This document shows positions 19,942-30,081 of a stretch of DNA of 64,000 nucleotides, piece by piece. Every line of letters starts with the position of its first letter. Position 1 is the stretch's first letter. The DNA comes from Candidatus Latescibacterota bacterium (GTDB lineage Bacteria; Latescibacterota; UBA2968): assembly GCA_965204745.1 (NCBI GenBank), contig OZ242010.1, positions 5,120,001 to 5,184,000 of the forward strand, in the 5' to 3' direction. The notes below the pieces were generated by a model, which saw only the letters and a program-made list of their open reading frames with translations, searched no databases and was not told where the DNA came from. The position numbers were made by a program, and so were the translations under genes.

Positions 19942-20697
19942 CTATCCAGCCGCTTTCACAATGGCGGCAAACGCGGCGGCATCCAATGAAGCCCCGCCGA
20001 TCAGGCCGCCGTCGATATTGTTTTGGGCAAATAACGCCGCCGCATTGTCGGGCTTCACAGACCCGCCGTATTGAATGCGAACCGCTCGTGCGACCTCGCC
20101 GCGATAAAGATCGGTCAACACTTGGCGGAGAAACGCATGCACGGCCTCGGCTTGGTCTGGCGTTGCGGTCAGGCCCGTGCCAATGGCCCACACAGGCTCG
20201 TAAGCCAGCGTGATGCCCCGCACGTCGTCAGCGGAAATTCCACTGAGCGCGCCCCGCAGTTGCGTCTCGACCACTTGCTCGGTTTTGTCGGCCTGACGCT
20301 CATCCAAAGACTCGCCAAGGCACACAATCGGTTTGAGTCCAGCATGCAGGACAGCCTTTAAGCGGCGGTTTACGGTCTCGTCTGTTTCGCCGAAAAACTG
20401 CCGGCGTTCCGAGTGCCCTAATATAACGTATTCACACCCGCAAGTCAACAACATGGGCGCAGACACCTCGCCCGTGAACGCCCCCTCGGCTTCCCAATAC
20501 ACGTTCTGCGCGCCCAATCCGACAGGCGTGCCGCGCACCACTTGGGCGACCCGTTCCAATGCCGTAAAGGGTGGGCAAATCGCCACATCCACGCCGGTTA
20601 TCCCGGCTACGGCATCCACCACGCATCGCGCCAGGGCTTCGGCCTCATCGGCCGTCTTGTTGAGTTTCCAATTGCCCGCCACAAATGGCGTTCGCAT
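19942..20697 (-). CDS. tpiA: Triosephosphate isomerase
   Basis: 'AGNWK', 'GHSERR', 'AYEPVWAIGTG', 'YGGSV', 'LIGGASL'. Confidence 0.97.
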   Translation of the reverse strand: MRTPFVAGNWKLNKTADEAEALARCVVDAVAGITGVDVAICPPFTALERVAQVVRGTPVGLGAQNVYWEAEGAFTGEVSAPMLLTCGCEYVILGHSERRQFFGETDETVNRRLKAVLHAGLKPIVCLGESLDERQADKTEQVVETQLRGALSGISADDVRGITLAYEPVWAIGTGLTATPDQAEAVHAFLRQVLTDLYRGEVARAVRIQYGGSVKPDNAAALFAQNNIDGGLIGGASLDAAAFAAIVKAAG

Positions 20698-20739
20698 CGC
20701 AACATCCTTTCAAAATTTGGGACGCATCCGTCTCCAACG

Positions 20740-21948
20740 CTATGCTTCATCGTCTTCTCTATCCGACAGCGCGACCACGCCGGGCAAGGGCTTGCCTTCT
20801 AAAAACGCCAGCGAAGCCCCGCCCCCGGTCGAAACGTGGCTCAATTTTTTTGCCACGCCAAAATCTGCCATTGCAGCCGCGGTTTCCCCGCCGCCGACAA
20901 TCGTCGTCGCGCCCTGCTCGGTCGCTGTGACCAGTGCCTTGGCAACCGCGCGCGACCCTTTGGAAAATGAGTAAATCTCGCACGCGCCCAACGGCCCGTT
21001 CCACACCACTGTTTTGGCATTTAGGACCACATCGGAAAATCGCTGTCGCGTTTCAGGCCCGATGTCAAACCCCTCCATGTCTGCGGGAATGCGATCTCGG
21101 GGCACGACCTGGACGGGTACGCCCTCGGCCATCTCGGATGCCACGACCGTATCGGTGGGCAAGATCAGAGTCACGCCTTCGGCCTCTGCGCGTTTGTGCA
21201 AGTCGGCGGCGACCGCAATCCGATCTTCCTCCAACAAGGACTTGCCGATTTCCAAGCCCATTGCCCTAAAAAACGTAAATGCCATGCCCCCGCCGATGAG
21301 CAGGGTATCGACTTTTGAAAACAAATTTTCAATCACGTCAATTTTTCCGGAAATTTTTGCCCCGCCCATAACCGCGACATAAGGCCGCGCCGGCTCGGTC
21401 AAGGCCGCGCCGAGATAGTCCAACTCCTTTTGCATCAACAAACCCGCGGCGCAGTGAAAAAAATAATGCGTGACGCCCTCGGTGGAGGCATGGGCGCGAT
21501 GGGCCGTGCCAAACGCATCGTTGACATACACATCGCCCAATTCGGACAACTGCGTGGCAAAGCCCGGCGCATTGGCCTCTTCGTCGGCGTGAAAGCGCAA
21601 ATTTTCGAGCAACACAACCGACCCCTCGGGCGCGCGTTTCACCGCATCAATCGTTGCCTCGCCCACGCAGTCGGGCGCTAGCACCACTTCGCGTCCGAGC
21701 AGGAGTTGCAGGGATTCGGCGATGGGTTTGAGCGACAACTCGGGGACGACCGCGCCCTCGGGCCTGCCCAAATGCGACATCAACACGGGTTTTCCCCCCG
21801 CGTCTAAAATATGCCGAATGGTGGGCAACGCCGCTCGGAGGCGCGTATCATCCGCGACCTGTCCATCTTCGAGCGGCACATTAAAATCCACGCGCACCAA
21901 AACGCGCTTGCCCGCCAACGCCAACTCCACAATCGACACCTTCGCCAC
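20740..21948 (-). CDS. pgk: Phosphoglycerate kinase
   Basis: 'RVDFNVP', 'SHLGRP', 'LLENLRF', '[12 protein letters not shown]', 'STGGGASL'. Confidence 0.97.
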   Translation of the reverse strand: MAKVSIVELALAGKRVLVRVDFNVPLEDGQVADDTRLRAALPTIRHILDAGGKPVLMSHLGRPEGAVVPELSLKPIAESLQLLLGREVVLAPDCVGEATIDAVKRAPEGSVVLLENLRFHADEEANAPGFATQLSELGDVYVNDAFGTAHRAHASTEGVTHYFFHCAAGLLMQKELDYLGAALTEPARPYVAVMGGAKISGKIDVIENLFSKVDTLLIGGGMAFTFFRAMGLEIGKSLLEEDRIAVAADLHKRAEAEGVTLILPTDTVVASEMAEGVPVQVVPRDRIPADMEGFDIGPETRQRFSDVVLNAKTVVWNGPLGACEIYSFSKGSRAVAKALVTATEQGATTIVGGGETAAAMADFGVAKKLSHVSTGGGASLAFLEGKPLPGVVALSDREDDEA

Positions 21949-21962
21949 GTTATTCTCCTCTC

Positions 21963-22097
21963 ACCGCTACTGCGCGTTTCGAGTTCAAACCCCGAGCGGT
22001 TTCCACTCAGACACGCCTAAACTCGCTACAAATGCAGACTCTGGTTGATCGCCGCGTTCAAATCGCGATCCGCTTCAAAACCGCAGTCGCAAGGGCA
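21963..22097 (-). mobile_element. TnpB (IS200/IS605 or IS607) C-terminal remnant with downstream right-end-like sequence
   Basis: rc of 22026-22097 translates CPCDCGFEADRDLNAAINQSLHL*, the TnpB Zn-finger/RuvC-III 'CG...DRD.NAA.N' motif; no upstream ORF. Confidence 0.65.
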
Positions 22098-22322
22098 GGG
22101 GCTTTACGGCCTGTTTGGTAATTGGACAATTCGATAGCCCTATATTACGCTTCAGCCTGCCCCTTGTCAATCTTTCTGATAGAGGCGGGACACGCAACAA
22201 CGATGGAACCGCAAATCATTGACAACAGAACAAAATCTGTTACACTACCAAAACACATGCTCGGAAAACCCGACCTATCAACCTCGCGATTGCCCGCAGT
22301 GCATGGGGCGAAAGGAGTCACG

Positions 22323-23501
22323 ATGAACAAGGTTCAAGCACCTATGTCTGAGTCTTACCGCGCCACCGCCTTTGCAGACGCCAAGCCGGAACTCGCGGCA
22401 CCTGGGGCCACGCCAGAGCGGTTGACTCACTTGAAGGAACACGGGTTTGTCATCATCACCGACTTTGTCGATAACCCGTGGATCCCGGTTTTGCGCGAAG
22501 CGGGTCGCCGCGTGATCGAGGCGTGCGCGCCCGAGAATGGCTATGACAAAATTGACTGTTCGAAGGGTTATGTGCATCGCACGGGCAATGACGAGCCGTG
22601 GGCGATTCGGGGCCTCATCCATCCCGCTTTTGGAGAGCCTTGTTTTGCCGAGTTCCACGGGTCGCCGGATTTTCTCGACTTCGTCTCCTCGTGGTGTCAC
22701 GGGCTTCAGCCAGAAGACATGACCTTGGGTGGCCTGTTGCTGTGGTGCAACCCCCGGCAACGCGAGAACAAACTCAGTTGGCACAGAGACGTGACGTGGT
22801 GGGGCACCGGGAAACCCTACTTTGCACAGCGGGAAGTGCGTGGGGAAGGCCCGGAGGCGTATTCCGAAGAGGTCGAAAAACGTCGCTGGAAAGAAATCCG
22901 CGCAAACAACGCAAAATCCCTCACACAGCGGAACGGCGTGAGCATGTTCTTGGCATTGGCCGACGACGAATGTCACGAGCTCATCCCCGGTAGCCACAAC
23001 CGATGGCGCACCCGGTTTGAGCACGACGTGCTCTTGCCAAAAGCGATGAAGGAACAAGGCGTCCCGCACACCCCGAGTTGGAACGGCGAAGACCCGTTGC
23101 CAAACCAAGTCGCCATTCGCCTCAAAGCAGGAGAAGCCCTCATCCGCAACGGGACGACCATCCACACGGGACACACAGTCCCCGACCGCGAGCGCAACAC
23201 CTTGTCTATCGGCTGGTCAAAGTGGTCAGGCCCGTTCACGGGAGAACCCTCCGTGTCAGACGTGCGCCATGCGTGGCAACTCAACCCTACCGTGCGCGAA
23301 GCCTTGCCACACGAATGGATGAAAACCGCGTGGGACCGCTGGGCCGAAACGAAAAAACTGGGCGATACGCTCGAGGACCGTTACCCGGCGTTTGACATCC
23401 AGCACATTAAAGCCGGAACCGTCATTGGCTGGCGCAGCGAATTGGAACGCCAAGCCGCCGCCACAGGCGAATCGTGGAAGCCCTACCAAACTGTGGGGTA
23501 A
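22323..23501 (+). CDS. Phytanoyl-CoA dioxygenase (PhyH) family Fe(II)/2OG dioxygenase
   Basis: 'L.E.GFVII', 'WHRD', 'LIPGSH', 'LKAGE', distal His 'IHTGH'; ATG 22323 after AAGGAG. Confidence 0.75.
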   Translation: MNKVQAPMSESYRATAFADAKPELAAPGATPERLTHLKEHGFVIITDFVDNPWIPVLREAGRRVIEACAPENGYDKIDCSKGYVHRTGNDEPWAIRGLIHPAFGEPCFAEFHGSPDFLDFVSSWCHGLQPEDMTLGGLLLWCNPRQRENKLSWHRDVTWWGTGKPYFAQREVRGEGPEAYSEEVEKRRWKEIRANNAKSLTQRNGVSMFLALADDECHELIPGSHNRWRTRFEHDVLLPKAMKEQGVPHTPSWNGEDPLPNQVAIRLKAGEALIRNGTTIHTGHTVPDRERNTLSIGWSKWSGPFTGEPSVSDVRHAWQLNPTVREALPHEWMKTAWDRWAETKKLGDTLEDRYPAFDIQHIKAGTVIGWRSELERQAAATGESWKPYQTVG

Positions 23502-23574
23502 AACCATCAGTGGTTAGCCACCCTTTCGTCATTGCATCGCTGTTGGCCTAACGCAGGCTATTCGCTCGCTTTGA

Positions 23575-23894
23575 GAAACTGGACACCTCTACGGCGATAA
23601 AATCTACGCCGATCAGCCCTTAAAAGACACACTTGGCAAGGAGCAGAACCTGATCTTCGAGACGCCGGTGAAGCGAAAGAAGGGGCAAGAAAGCCTGACC
23701 GAGGCCGAAAAAGACTTTTCTCGGGCGGTTTCGAGCATGCGACAGCCGATAGCGGCCTTGTTCAGTTGGATTGAACAAGAGACAAACCTCTCGATGGCGT
23801 CTCGGGTACGATCAGAGGATGGCTTACTCGTTCATGTCTTTGGGCGATTGACCGCGGCTTGCTTCTTACTCGCTTTCTACTCTTAATTCGCATT
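23575..23894 (+). mobile_element. IS982-family transposase 3' fragment with right terminal repeat
   Basis: In frame 'LYGDKIY...TPVK.KKGQ...FSRAVS..RQPI..LFSWI...ASRVRS..GLLVHVFGRL.AA'; ends CTTAATTCGCATT; N-terminus absent. Confidence 0.7.
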
Positions 23895-24170
23895 GTAGAT
23901 GGTGACTTCGCCCGCGCCGCCACGTCCACACACGAGCGTGGCTTCTGTGCCGAGAACGATCCACTTGTACGGCAGTGCGTAATGGGAAATATCGGCCTTG
24001 GCCGAGCGTGCGCGCACCCCATTGTCAAAGACCATGACGATATCGAACAAGTCGATCACTTGCTCGCCCCAGTGCGGCCCAAAATCCAGCAAAGTGCCTC
24101 CGCCCGCGCCCGCGGTCACGCGCCATTGTCGGTCGTAGTCCGCGATGCCGAACCCCACGGCCGGGCGTGC
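23895..24170 (-). pseudogene. Internal fragment of a Gfo/Idh/MocA oxidoreductase
   Basis: 'WR....GGGTLLDFGPHW..Q..DL' motif, no start; abuts the IS982 end. Confidence 0.5.
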
Positions 24171-24220
24171 GCTAGGTCGCGCTGTCCCTGCCGAAACCAA
24201 TCTGCGTGCCGACTTGCCAT
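24160..24220 (-). pseudogene. N-terminal stub of a HEPN-domain protein
   Basis: MASRHADWFRQGQRDLAHAR resembles the HEPN first helix (W..QA..DL..A); starts 2 bp after the nucleotidyltransferase stop. Confidence 0.45.
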
Positions 24221-24222
24221 GC

Positions 24223-24744
24223 TTATACCAGTTTTGAGAGAATTTCCGCGGGAACTTGCGATTGGAGAAAGGGGTGGGTTTCGATGAGGCGTGCGATGTC
24301 GGCGAGGTCTTTTTGCCGTTTGCTGCTTCGGCGATCCGCATCCAGTGCGGCCCATATCTTGCCTTGCAAGGTGTCTTCAAGGCAGGCGACCGGCAGTTCG
24401 AGACCGAGAATTTCGCACGGTTCAGCGCGGTCTGGAAAATCAAAATATCGCGCATCGGTTTGAATTTGCACGCGCAAATCCGATCCCTCTTGGTACACGT
24501 TGAGGCTATGGGGAAATTTTTTGAGTGCGAAATTCCCTTTTAGCAGGGTCACGGCCCGGTCGAGATGTGCTATGGCGACGACCAGATCGAGATCGAGGCT
24601 GACCACTGGCTCGGCATAGGCATTGACAGCTTGCCCACCGATCACGCAATACGCAATCTCGTGCGCGGTCAGCAAATCGATCAACTGATCTAAAAAATGA
24701 CTCTGGTCCATCGTCACGGTTTTCCAAAAATCGAGCGCGTGCAT
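24223..24744 (-). CDS. Nucleotidyltransferase (AbiEii/MNT-like toxin-antitoxin component)
   Basis: 'YCVIGGQAVNAY..P..SLDLDLVV' (GG + DxD), C-terminal 'K......R...K...D..DI..L'. Confidence 0.75.
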   Translation of the reverse strand: MHALDFWKTVTMDQSHFLDQLIDLLTAHEIAYCVIGGQAVNAYAEPVVSLDLDLVVAIAHLDRAVTLLKGNFALKKFPHSLNVYQEGSDLRVQIQTDARYFDFPDRAEPCEILGLELPVACLEDTLQGKIWAALDADRRSSKRQKDLADIARLIETHPFLQSQVPAEILSKLV

Positions 24745-25011
24745 TATGGGCTACCCAATGAAAAAAATGGTCGCTTTGCGTCCATCCACCGGCTGATCGC
24801 GACCTTTTGCCGGGTGAAAAACGAAAGCCCATCGATCAATGGCTTAACGGTTTCGGACACGGCGATCTCCTGTTGGGGTGGCACTTACTCGGCGCCGTGT
24901 TGCCGAAGCTTGGGGGCTTCTCCGGGTACGGGCGAGTTGTCAAATGCCCCGCGTTGAATTACGGCTCCTTTGCTACCCAAGGCGTCTATGGTGGCTTTTT
25001 GCGCGGCTTTG

Positions 25012-25068
25012 GCTTGGGCAGTGGCGGAGCGGTCTCCCCTCTCCCTTCTTACCTCTTACGTCTCCCGC
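25012..25068 (-). repeat. Heptamer repeat module supplying the transketolase stop codon
   Basis: rc GGGAGACGTAAGAGGTAAGAAGGGAGAGGGGAGACCGC. Confidence 0.8.
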
Positions 25069-27299
25069 CTTATCACCTCAATCAACGCCTCTGCGGTAAT
25101 GCCGAAGTGTGCCCATGTTTTTTCGAGTCCTTCTGATGGCGCGATGCGCGGGTCCGTGATGCCCACATGCGCGTGGGCAATGCCATTGCAAGCCGTGCTC
25201 ACCAACCCGGCGAATCCGCGCAGGCCCGTTTCCGGGGTGCCGATTTTGCCATCTTCAATGGTCGCTATGCCCGCGTAATTTTTCAGCAGGGCGTCCAACG
25301 CGCCATCCGGCAGGGGCAACCCGTTGACGACATACACATCGGTTGGAATGCCGGACGCCGCGAGGGTCTCGGCAGCCTCTGCGGCCAAAAAGGCCGGCGC
25401 GCCAAAGGCCAAGATCGCGTGCTTTGCCCCCGCGTACTTGCGATAGGCGGTTATCGCCTCCCATGCCTGACTCGGATGCCACAGGGGACCTGATCCATCT
25501 TGTGCTTGCAAAACGGGCAAACCCGAATCGCGCGGTATGCCTATCACATGCCCGCCGTAGTGCGCGGCCATGTCTTTCACGGCCAAGAAGGCCACGCGCG
25601 CATCGGCCGGGGCGTAAAACCTGTGCAAATAGGGCAAGTACGTCAGGCCCACGTTGATCCAATCGAGGCCCCAGCCCGAGAAGTGATCGCGCCCGGTACA
25701 CGCGCCCACATGCGAGAGGTGAAACACCACATTGAGCCCCTCGTTGATCCCATTCAGATTGCGCTGATACTGCCACATGTCGAAGCCCTCGCGGGCGATG
25801 CCCTCAAAAAACGCGGCAAAGGTCGAGACCACATTGAGTTGCGGTTCATCCGTGCTCATCGCCAAGCCATTTGCCATGAGCGCGGCGGCTTGCTCTTCGA
25901 TGCTCATCTCGAACTGGTGATCGCCCGATAGATGCGCCCGCGCCCCCGAGAGTTTTGTCGAGGGATCGAGATCGCAACTCACCACAAACACGCGGTCGGG
26001 ATGCGTCTCTGCCAGCGAGGTGTACGCCGCGGCCGCGCCATCGCGGGGGCTCGCTTTCTCGGTCGGCAATTCGACCGCCGAGGCTTTGTCTTCAGATAGT
26101 GCCAGATTCGCGCTTCCGGGCGCGGGTCTGGCTTTTGTGATGACAGTGCGCGTGCCCCTGTTTCGCAGGGTTGCGAGCGCGTGGGCTTGTTCTGCTGTGG
26201 GTTGAAACATCGCGCCGTCGAGCACGTCTGCGGGGTCGCGGCCCTGCATGCTCCCGTCGTGGTGATTCGCGCCGCCGGGCAGGTCGTTGACCAAGAACAG
26301 GCATTCTAGCATTGGCTCTGGATCGCGGAAACTCATCAGAGAACCCGGGATCCACACGGGTTTGTCTATCGGCACATCGTGGCGCGCGGCAAATGCCTCG
26401 ACAGCGTCTGTGATGCCATAGCGTTCCCCAAAGGTCTTCAGGGTCACATCTTCGCCCGAAAATCCGATGGGATAGATCAAACTCGGCTTGCCCTGTTGCG
26501 CGAGATGATAGCCTTCCCGATACGCCGCATAGAGCGCGGCATTGTCGTGGAGCGATGCGATTTCCAACACCTCCACCCCGAGCGCGGAAATGACGCTTCG
26601 GGGGTCTATGTCCATAATGCTCGCCGTGCTACCGGACAACTGAATGCCGTTGCGGTGCATCACAAACGTGATGGGGGCACCGTGGACACTCGCGGCATTA
26701 AACCCGTTGAGTGCCTGCCCGGAAATCCAGCCCGCATCCCCGCAATGGGCAATGACCCAGGCGCGGTCGCGCCGTGCTTTTTTGCCTAATGCCATGCCCA
26801 CTGCGGCCGGGATCATGACGCCCAACCGCCCGCCGTTGAGTTGCGTTCCCCCGGGCAACCACGCCACATGCCCGGGAAAATCCAGCCCGCGCCGAAAGTT
26901 CTGTACGACCCGCTCCGCCTCGACAAAGCCAAACCCGGCCAGAGCCGAGTAATACCCGATGCTCGTGTGCGCGTGTTCGATGGTATAAGCGCGTCGCTCG
27001 TAATCCACAACCGCCAGGGTCATCAACAACCCGGGGGTGAGTTCCAACCCGCCGCCCAAGTGGTCCAATTCCCCGATTTCGGCCAACGATGCCAGCGCCC
27101 GAATCGCCGTGTGCGCGCTTTCGATTTGCAACGCGGTCAATGCGCGGTCTTCCATCTCGCCCAGAACCCCGGTCGTCTCAATATCAATATGCAGTGCCAA
27201 CACATCGGACGCGATTTCCCGCCCGAGAAAATGCGTCTCATTCAACAGCGCGTCATTGCGCCGCCCCTGCTTTTCGGTCATCGCCTTCACGTTTGCCAT
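25056..27299 (-). CDS. Divergent transketolase-like ThDP-dependent enzyme
   Basis: 'DHLGGG', 'FPGH', ThDP motif 'GDAG...N', 'DLDPST', 'SIEEQ', 'STFAAF', C-terminal 'TIEDG'; start reassigned to MANVK (27299). Confidence 0.75.
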   Translation of the reverse strand: MANVKAMTEKQGRRNDALLNETHFLGREIASDVLALHIDIETTGVLGEMEDRALTALQIESAHTAIRALASLAEIGELDHLGGGLELTPGLLMTLAVVDYERRAYTIEHAHTSIGYYSALAGFGFVEAERVVQNFRRGLDFPGHVAWLPGGTQLNGGRLGVMIPAAVGMALGKKARRDRAWVIAHCGDAGWISGQALNGFNAASVHGAPITFVMHRNGIQLSGSTASIMDIDPRSVISALGVEVLEIASLHDNAALYAAYREGYHLAQQGKPSLIYPIGFSGEDVTLKTFGERYGITDAVEAFAARHDVPIDKPVWIPGSLMSFRDPEPMLECLFLVNDLPGGANHHDGSMQGRDPADVLDGAMFQPTAEQAHALATLRNRGTRTVITKARPAPGSANLALSEDKASAVELPTEKASPRDGAAAAYTSLAETHPDRVFVVSCDLDPSTKLSGARAHLSGDHQFEMSIEEQAAALMANGLAMSTDEPQLNVVSTFAAFFEGIAREGFDMWQYQRNLNGINEGLNVVFHLSHVGACTGRDHFSGWGLDWINVGLTYLPYLHRFYAPADARVAFLAVKDMAAHYGGHVIGIPRDSGLPVLQAQDGSGPLWHPSQAWEAITAYRKYAGAKHAILAFGAPAFLAAEAAETLAASGIPTDVYVVNGLPLPDGALDALLKNYAGIATIEDGKIGTPETGLRGFAGLVSTACNGIAHAHVGITDPRIAPSEGLEKTWAHFGITAEALIEVIRRET

Positions 27300-27473
27300 A
27301 AGTGCTCCAAAGAGTGATGAACAACTCGCCGCAACCCTCCCATTGCCGCAGGAGGGGACAGGCCCCGACAAATCAAAATGCCCCTAAAATAAACGTTCCC
27401 CGCGCAACAAGCCAGAAAAAAGCCCAGATACAAAGTTCTGGCATCAGGGCCGGGTCTATATTATGTTTAAGGC

Positions 27474-27567
27474 GAGATGGAAGTTTAGCCACAAAAGGCA
27501 CGAGCGGGGTACAACTGGCGATAGCCAGTTCAAAGGCACAAAAGGGGTACAACTGACCACTGACCAC
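27474..27567 (+). repeat. Composite repeat: TTTAGCCAC + CACAAAAGG 9-mer + AACTGGC-GATA-GCCAGTT palindrome + heptamer
   Basis: Near-identical to 30590-30694 and to rc of 48652-48727 and 53247-53300. Confidence 0.88.
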
Positions 27568-27586
27568 TTTCTCACAGGAGGCCACC

Positions 27587-28360
27587 ATGCCCAAAACCAT
27601 GATCGCCGCGCAAATGTACACGGTGCGCGATTTTACGAACACCCCAGCAGACATTGCCGAATCCATCCGAAAAGTCAAAGCCATTGGATATGACGCCATG
27701 CAAGTGTCGGCTTTTGGCGCGATTTCACCGGCAGAACTCAAGCAGATCGCCGATGACCATGGGGTCGAAATTTGCGCCACGCACACGGGCTTTGACCGCA
27801 TGCGCGACGACACGCAAGCCGTGATCGACGAACATCTCCTTTGGGGATGCAACTATCCCGCGATTGGCAGCCTGCCCGCGTCCTATCGGGAAGATGGCGA
27901 AGCCGGGTATGTCCGCTTTGCCAAAGACGCGTCGGAAGTGGGACGCAAACTCGCGGACGCGGGCCTGACGTTCGCGTATCACAATCACAACTTTGAATTT
28001 CAAAAATTCGGCAATCGCACGGCCCTCGAGATCATCTTGCGGGAATCGGACCCCAAAGCAGTACAACTCGAGATCGACGTCTATTGGGTGCAGGCAGGGG
28101 GCGGGGATCCCGCCGAGTGGATCCGCAAAGCCAAGAGCCGCATCGACCTCGTCCACGTCAAAGACATGGCGATTGAAGGCCGGGAAACGCGCTTTGCCGA
28201 AGTCGGCGAAGGCAATCTCAATTGGCCCGCCATTTTTGAAGCGGGCCGCGAAGCAGGCACGCGCTGGTACATCGTAGAACAAGATCGCTGTTACGACCGC
28301 GATCCCTTCGACAGCCTCAAAATCAGCTACGACAACCTGATTGCAATGGGCCTTTCCTGA
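27587..28360 (+). CDS. Sugar phosphate isomerase/epimerase (xylose isomerase-like TIM barrel)
   Basis: 'QMYTVRD', 'YHNHNFEF', 'EIDVYW', 'HVKD', 'EVGEG', 'IVEQD'. Confidence 0.88.
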   Translation: MPKTMIAAQMYTVRDFTNTPADIAESIRKVKAIGYDAMQVSAFGAISPAELKQIADDHGVEICATHTGFDRMRDDTQAVIDEHLLWGCNYPAIGSLPASYREDGEAGYVRFAKDASEVGRKLADAGLTFAYHNHNFEFQKFGNRTALEIILRESDPKAVQLEIDVYWVQAGGGDPAEWIRKAKSRIDLVHVKDMAIEGRETRFAEVGEGNLNWPAIFEAGREAGTRWYIVEQDRCYDRDPFDSLKISYDNLIAMGLS

Positions 28361-28370
28361 GAAACGCGAC

Positions 28371-30035
28371 ATGAACATCAACGCCAGCATTATCGATCAA
28401 AGGGTCTCGGGGATCGTGGCAGAGCATCCCCAGTGGCTACCGCCAGGACGCGACATCCCGGAAAAGAAGTCCGCGGCATTTGTCCTGCTGTGCATGTCAA
28501 CTCGCCTTGACGCCACGCTTGACGACTGCGCGGATTGGCTTACCGAGGGCGGGAATGATGCTGGCGTTGATGGCCTTCACATCGGCGAGGTCGAAGATGG
28601 CGAATTTCTCGTCACGATTTTTCAGGGCAAGTACAAAATTGACGACCTAAGTGGCAAAGCAAATTTCCCGGAAAACGGCTTGCAAAAATCTGCCAGTACC
28701 GTTCGGGTCTTGTTCGATCCCTATCGCACGGTCGGGCTGAACCCAAGAATCGCCCCCAAAATTGAAGAGATTCGCTCATTGATCCGCGATGGGTATATCC
28801 CCCATGTGCGGGTTATTCTTTGCAACAACGGCGCACGATGGACGCGCAGTGCAGACCACTGGATCGAGGATTTCGGCGACGAGGTGGAGTTCATCCACTT
28901 CAATCACGATTCCATCGTCGGCATCTTGCAGCGTAGCAAAAGAGTAGATACCACCTTGGCACTCAGCGGGCAAGCCATCGTAGAGGATATGAATTATATG
29001 CGCGTTTTGGTGGGGCGCGTTTCCGTTCAAGAAATCCAACGCTTGTTCGACGATCACGGCGACAACTTGCTAGAGCGCAATATCCGCCGCTACCTCGGCC
29101 TGCACACCAATCGCGTCAACACCGCCATTCACGCCACGCTTTGCGATCCCGATAAATCCGACAAATTCTACTTTTACAACAATGGCATTACGGCGGTTTG
29201 CGACAAGTTTGATTACAACGCCCTTCAAAAATCGGACTACATGGTGCAACTACGGAACATGCAGGTGATCAACGGAGGGCAGACCTGTAAGACGATTCAA
29301 GAAACGCTCAATAAAACTTTGCCCCACATGGTCGGCGAGGCGGCCTCTGTCATGATACGCATTTATCAGCTAACCGAAACGCAACGAGAATTGGTCCACG
29401 ACATCACCTTTGCCACCAACAGCCAGAATCCCGTGGATCTGAGGGATTTGCGGTCCAACGATGAGAGGCAAAAACAGTTGGAATTGGGTCTGTCTGAACT
29501 GGGCTATACCTATAAACGCCAGCGGGAGGAAAGCGGGAGTGGTTCGGCGGTCATCGCCAGTTCCATCGTGGCAGAAGCCGCGCTCGCGATCTGGCGGGAA
29601 AAGCCACACCAAGCCAAATTTCGCCGCAAAGACCACTTTGGCAAATTGTACGCGGACATATTCGATTCTCTCAATGCGGCCCAAGCACTGCTCGCGGTGA
29701 TGATCTTCAGAGCAGTTGAGAACGAGAGAAAGCGCCCAACAACAGCACAGCCTTCTGCCTTTCTGCCGTATGCGTCTCACTACATCGCCATGTTGATCGG
29801 CCGTGCGTTGTTATCCGATCGGGCTATCGCGCTCAGCCGGGTTTCCCATCGAAATGTTCACGCCCTCTTGCGGGCGTTTGAAGACGGGCAAGCGCGATAC
29901 CACGCAGCTGCCATAGCGGCCATTGAACGGGCGTTGAAGGCATGCTATGGCGACCGGGATGTATCGCTTCAGCAGCTATCGGCGACCTTCAGGCGCAGCG
30001 ACCTGTTGGAGATGCTCGGCAATGATCTGAGGTAG
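28371..30035 (+). CDS. AIPR family protein (abortive infection phage resistance-like)
   Basis: 'D.GVDG', 'QGKY', 'LLERNIRRYLG', 'FYFYNNGIT', 'QVINGGQT', 'TNSQN'. Confidence 0.88.
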   Translation: MNINASIIDQRVSGIVAEHPQWLPPGRDIPEKKSAAFVLLCMSTRLDATLDDCADWLTEGGNDAGVDGLHIGEVEDGEFLVTIFQGKYKIDDLSGKANFPENGLQKSASTVRVLFDPYRTVGLNPRIAPKIEEIRSLIRDGYIPHVRVILCNNGARWTRSADHWIEDFGDEVEFIHFNHDSIVGILQRSKRVDTTLALSGQAIVEDMNYMRVLVGRVSVQEIQRLFDDHGDNLLERNIRRYLGLHTNRVNTAIHATLCDPDKSDKFYFYNNGITAVCDKFDYNALQKSDYMVQLRNMQVINGGQTCKTIQETLNKTLPHMVGEAASVMIRIYQLTETQRELVHDITFATNSQNPVDLRDLRSNDERQKQLELGLSELGYTYKRQREESGSGSAVIASSIVAEAALAIWREKPHQAKFRRKDHFGKLYADIFDSLNAAQALLAVMIFRAVENERKRPTTAQPSAFLPYASHYIAMLIGRALLSDRAIALSRVSHRNVHALLRAFEDGQARYHAAAIAAIERALKACYGDRDVSLQQLSATFRRSDLLEMLGNDLR

Positions 30036-30081
30036 GATATCGCGTCCAATTTCGATAGCCCCTTCACCCCGAGGAATTTTC

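Noticed and set aside
21949-22120. 6S RNA or riboswitch upstream of pgk
   Set aside because: No recognisable consensus; better explained by the TnpB C-terminal motif
24750-24980. 9-bp direct repeat GCTACCCAA
   Set aside because: Too short to distinguish from chance, and no element is evident between the copies
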